This document shows, piece by piece, positions 46,414 through 47,732 of a DNA stretch of 47,732 nucleotides; the first letter of the stretch is position 1, and the number at the start of each line of letters is the position of its first letter. Below the pieces are notes generated by a model that was given only the letters and a program-made list of their open reading frames with translations, did not search any database and was not told the origin of the DNA. The DNA is from Candidatus Zixiibacteriota bacterium. Lineage in GTDB: Bacteria; Zixibacteria; MSB-5A5; GN15; FEB-12. The position numbers were made by a program, and so were the translations under genes. Location of the stretch: the NCBI GenBank assembly GCA_016926795.1, contig JAFGNW010000102.1, positions 1-47,732 of the forward strand, given 5' to 3'.

Positions 46414-47732
46414 ATGAAACGATTGATTTTATACCTTGCGGTATGGGCTTTTTTGTCGCCGGTGCCGATTTCCGCCCAGGTCGATTTGTATCTTGAAAAG
46501 CAGATTTCCGTAACAACCGAAAGGATTACGGCTACCGCAATCGGTGATGATAATCTTTTAACCGCGGCAGGTACGAAAGAAGGAATCATTTTTCTGTATG
46601 ATGCGGTGAGCGACGACCCGGTTCACGAATTGAAGTTTCACGGGAAGGCGATAAACGCTGTCGTGTTCAGCAGGGGAAATGATTACCTGGTGGCGGCTGC
46701 CGATGATAAAAAGATATCCATCTGGAACCTGGCTTCGGGCGCCCTTCAAAAAACTCTGGATGATTTCAAAGGTAAAAGCCAAATGCTTTGCCTGAGCCCC
46801 GACAACCGGCTGCTTGCCGCTTGCGGCTCCGGAAAAGAAATTCACCTGTGGGAGTTCCCCGGCGGCTACCCCAAGGGCACCCTTAAGGGTCATGATGGCG
46901 ACGTTATTTACGCGGCTTTCGGGACCGATAAAAACGAACTGCTCTCGGTCGGCAAAGACAAACAGATTATCTGGTGGGATATCAAACAGATGAAATCGGT
47001 TCGCCGGGTCGAAATCGATGTTCAGACCATGCCCAATTCGGGTATCGATGTTCTTTCGGCGCGAGCGGACGATAGCCGACTTTTTATCGCTATCGGTCTG
47101 GATGAACAGGTGCTGAAAAAAGGCGGCCGGGGCATGATGTTTAAATATAATCTGGCATTTTATGACTGGAACGACGGCAGCCTGGTGAAGGTTCTCGAGG
47201 ATAACAACAAGTCGATAAACGACTTCGAGATTACCTCCGGGAACTGCTTTGTCGTTCTCGATAACTCGACCCTGCAGCAGAATATCCTCACCTTCAGGAA
47301 CATTACGTCCGGACAAACTGCATTTGAATATAAGCTGCAGGATAAAATTCTTGATTATAAGATCGCACCGGGGGGAGGCATGCTGGCCGCCGCCCTGACC
47401 GATTCTGAAAACCCGAGTAAGTGCCGGCTCAATCTCTGGGAATTGAATCTGGAGGAACCGCCCGGCGGCTGCTTCATGAGCAAGTTCAGTATTTCATCCC
47501 CACAAACGCCGTTAATCGATTCCGGCGGGCCGTATGTAATTGCCGTTATGCCTTTCAGCACCACCGGCACGGAAGGGGAAATGGGTTTGTCAATACCGCG
47601 CTTTCTGGAAAGTAAGCTGGTGAACAGCCCGCACGTGCGCCTGGTGGAACGGTCCCGCATCGACGAAATTTTGAAGGAACTGGAATTTCAGGAATCGCGA
47701 TACATCGAAAAACAGGCGGCTCAAATAGGCAA
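46414..47732 (+). CDS. Secreted WD40-repeat protein with a C-terminal CsgG/LpoB/FlgO-like module. Partial: it runs off the right edge.
   Basis: Not in the ORF track because there is no stop inside the window. GGAGGTG RBS at 46402-46408, ATG at 46414, and 439 codons open to the end. Signal peptide is MKRLILYLAVWAFLSPVPISAQ. WD-like units include HGKAINAVVFSRGNDYLVAAADDKKISIWNL and KGHDGDVIYAAFGTDKNELLSVGKDKQIIWWDI. The tail is YVIAVMPFSTTGTEGEMGLSIPRFLESKLVNSPHVRLVERSRIDEILKELEFQES. Confidence 0.8.
   Translation, partial: MKRLILYLAVWAFLSPVPISAQVDLYLEKQISVTTERITATAIGDDNLLTAAGTKEGIIFLYDAVSDDPVHELKFHGKAINAVVFSRGNDYLVAAADDKKISIWNLASGALQKTLDDFKGKSQMLCLSPDNRLLAACGSGKEIHLWEFPGGYPKGTLKGHDGDVIYAAFGTDKNELLSVGKDKQIIWWDIKQMKSVRRVEIDVQTMPNSGIDVLSARADDSRLFIAIGLDEQVLKKGGRGMMFKYNLAFYDWNDGSLVKVLEDNNKSINDFEITSGNCFVVLDNSTLQQNILTFRNITSGQTAFEYKLQDKILDYKIAPGGGMLAAALTDSENPSKCRLNLWELNLEEPPGGCFMSKFSISSPQTPLIDSGGPYVIAVMPFSTTGTEGEMGLSIPRFLESKLVNSPHVRLVERSRIDEILKELEFQESRYIEKQAAQIG

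Overview
This 47.7 kb bacterial chromosomal window is mostly core housekeeping, with about 50 protein genes and no rRNA, tRNA or CRISPR array that I could see. The main blocks are listed here.
- A complete F1Fo ATP synthase operon (atpZ-like, atpI-like, atpB-E-F-H-A, an inserted outer-membrane beta-barrel gene, atpG-D-C; about 6.2-14.3 kb).
- The yceD-rpmF-plsX-fabH-fabD-fabG-acpP-fabF-rnc cluster (15.2-22.0 kb).
- A histone-H1-like lysine-rich protein, followed by an etfB with no adjacent etfA.
- A 742-aa secreted protein of unknown function, followed by a heterodimeric ABC exporter.
- suhB-like, glmM-like and glmS genes, then beta-oxidation genes (acyl-CoA dehydrogenase, crotonase).
- Two methyltransferases, two GNATs and an MBL hydrolase.
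- A dockerin-like secreted protein placed divergently to a Tat-signal protein.
- A LysE exporter and a 1036-aa M1-type metallopeptidase.

Two genes are open at the window edges and are missing from the ORF track:
- an ArsC/LMW-PTP gene (1-173, minus strand);
- a WD40 gene with a CsgG/LpoB-like tail (46414 to the end, plus strand).

The only clearly accessory stretch is about 2.4-5.1 kb. It holds these elements:
- two tandem paralogous Cys-rich proteins of unknown family;
- an AT-rich repeat field with a GIY-YIG gene carrying an in-frame TAA;
- a gene-less copy of the GIY-YIG flanking modules;
- an orphan PD-(D/E)XK nuclease with no methyltransferase partner.

Other points worth a second look:
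- an A10 tract that splits the atpZ-like gene;
- the porin-like gene wedged between atpA and atpG;
- the H1-like protein with a Myb/GcrA-like core;
- a terminator with no gene to terminate in a divergent intergenic region.

The lineage is probably an uncultured FCB-group bacterium. That is an inference from the PorV-like outer-membrane protein, the CCxGxxGNVD dockerin-like tail and the GIY-YIG-associated hairpin repeats, and it was not verified. All family calls come from motif recognition by eye; no database search was run.
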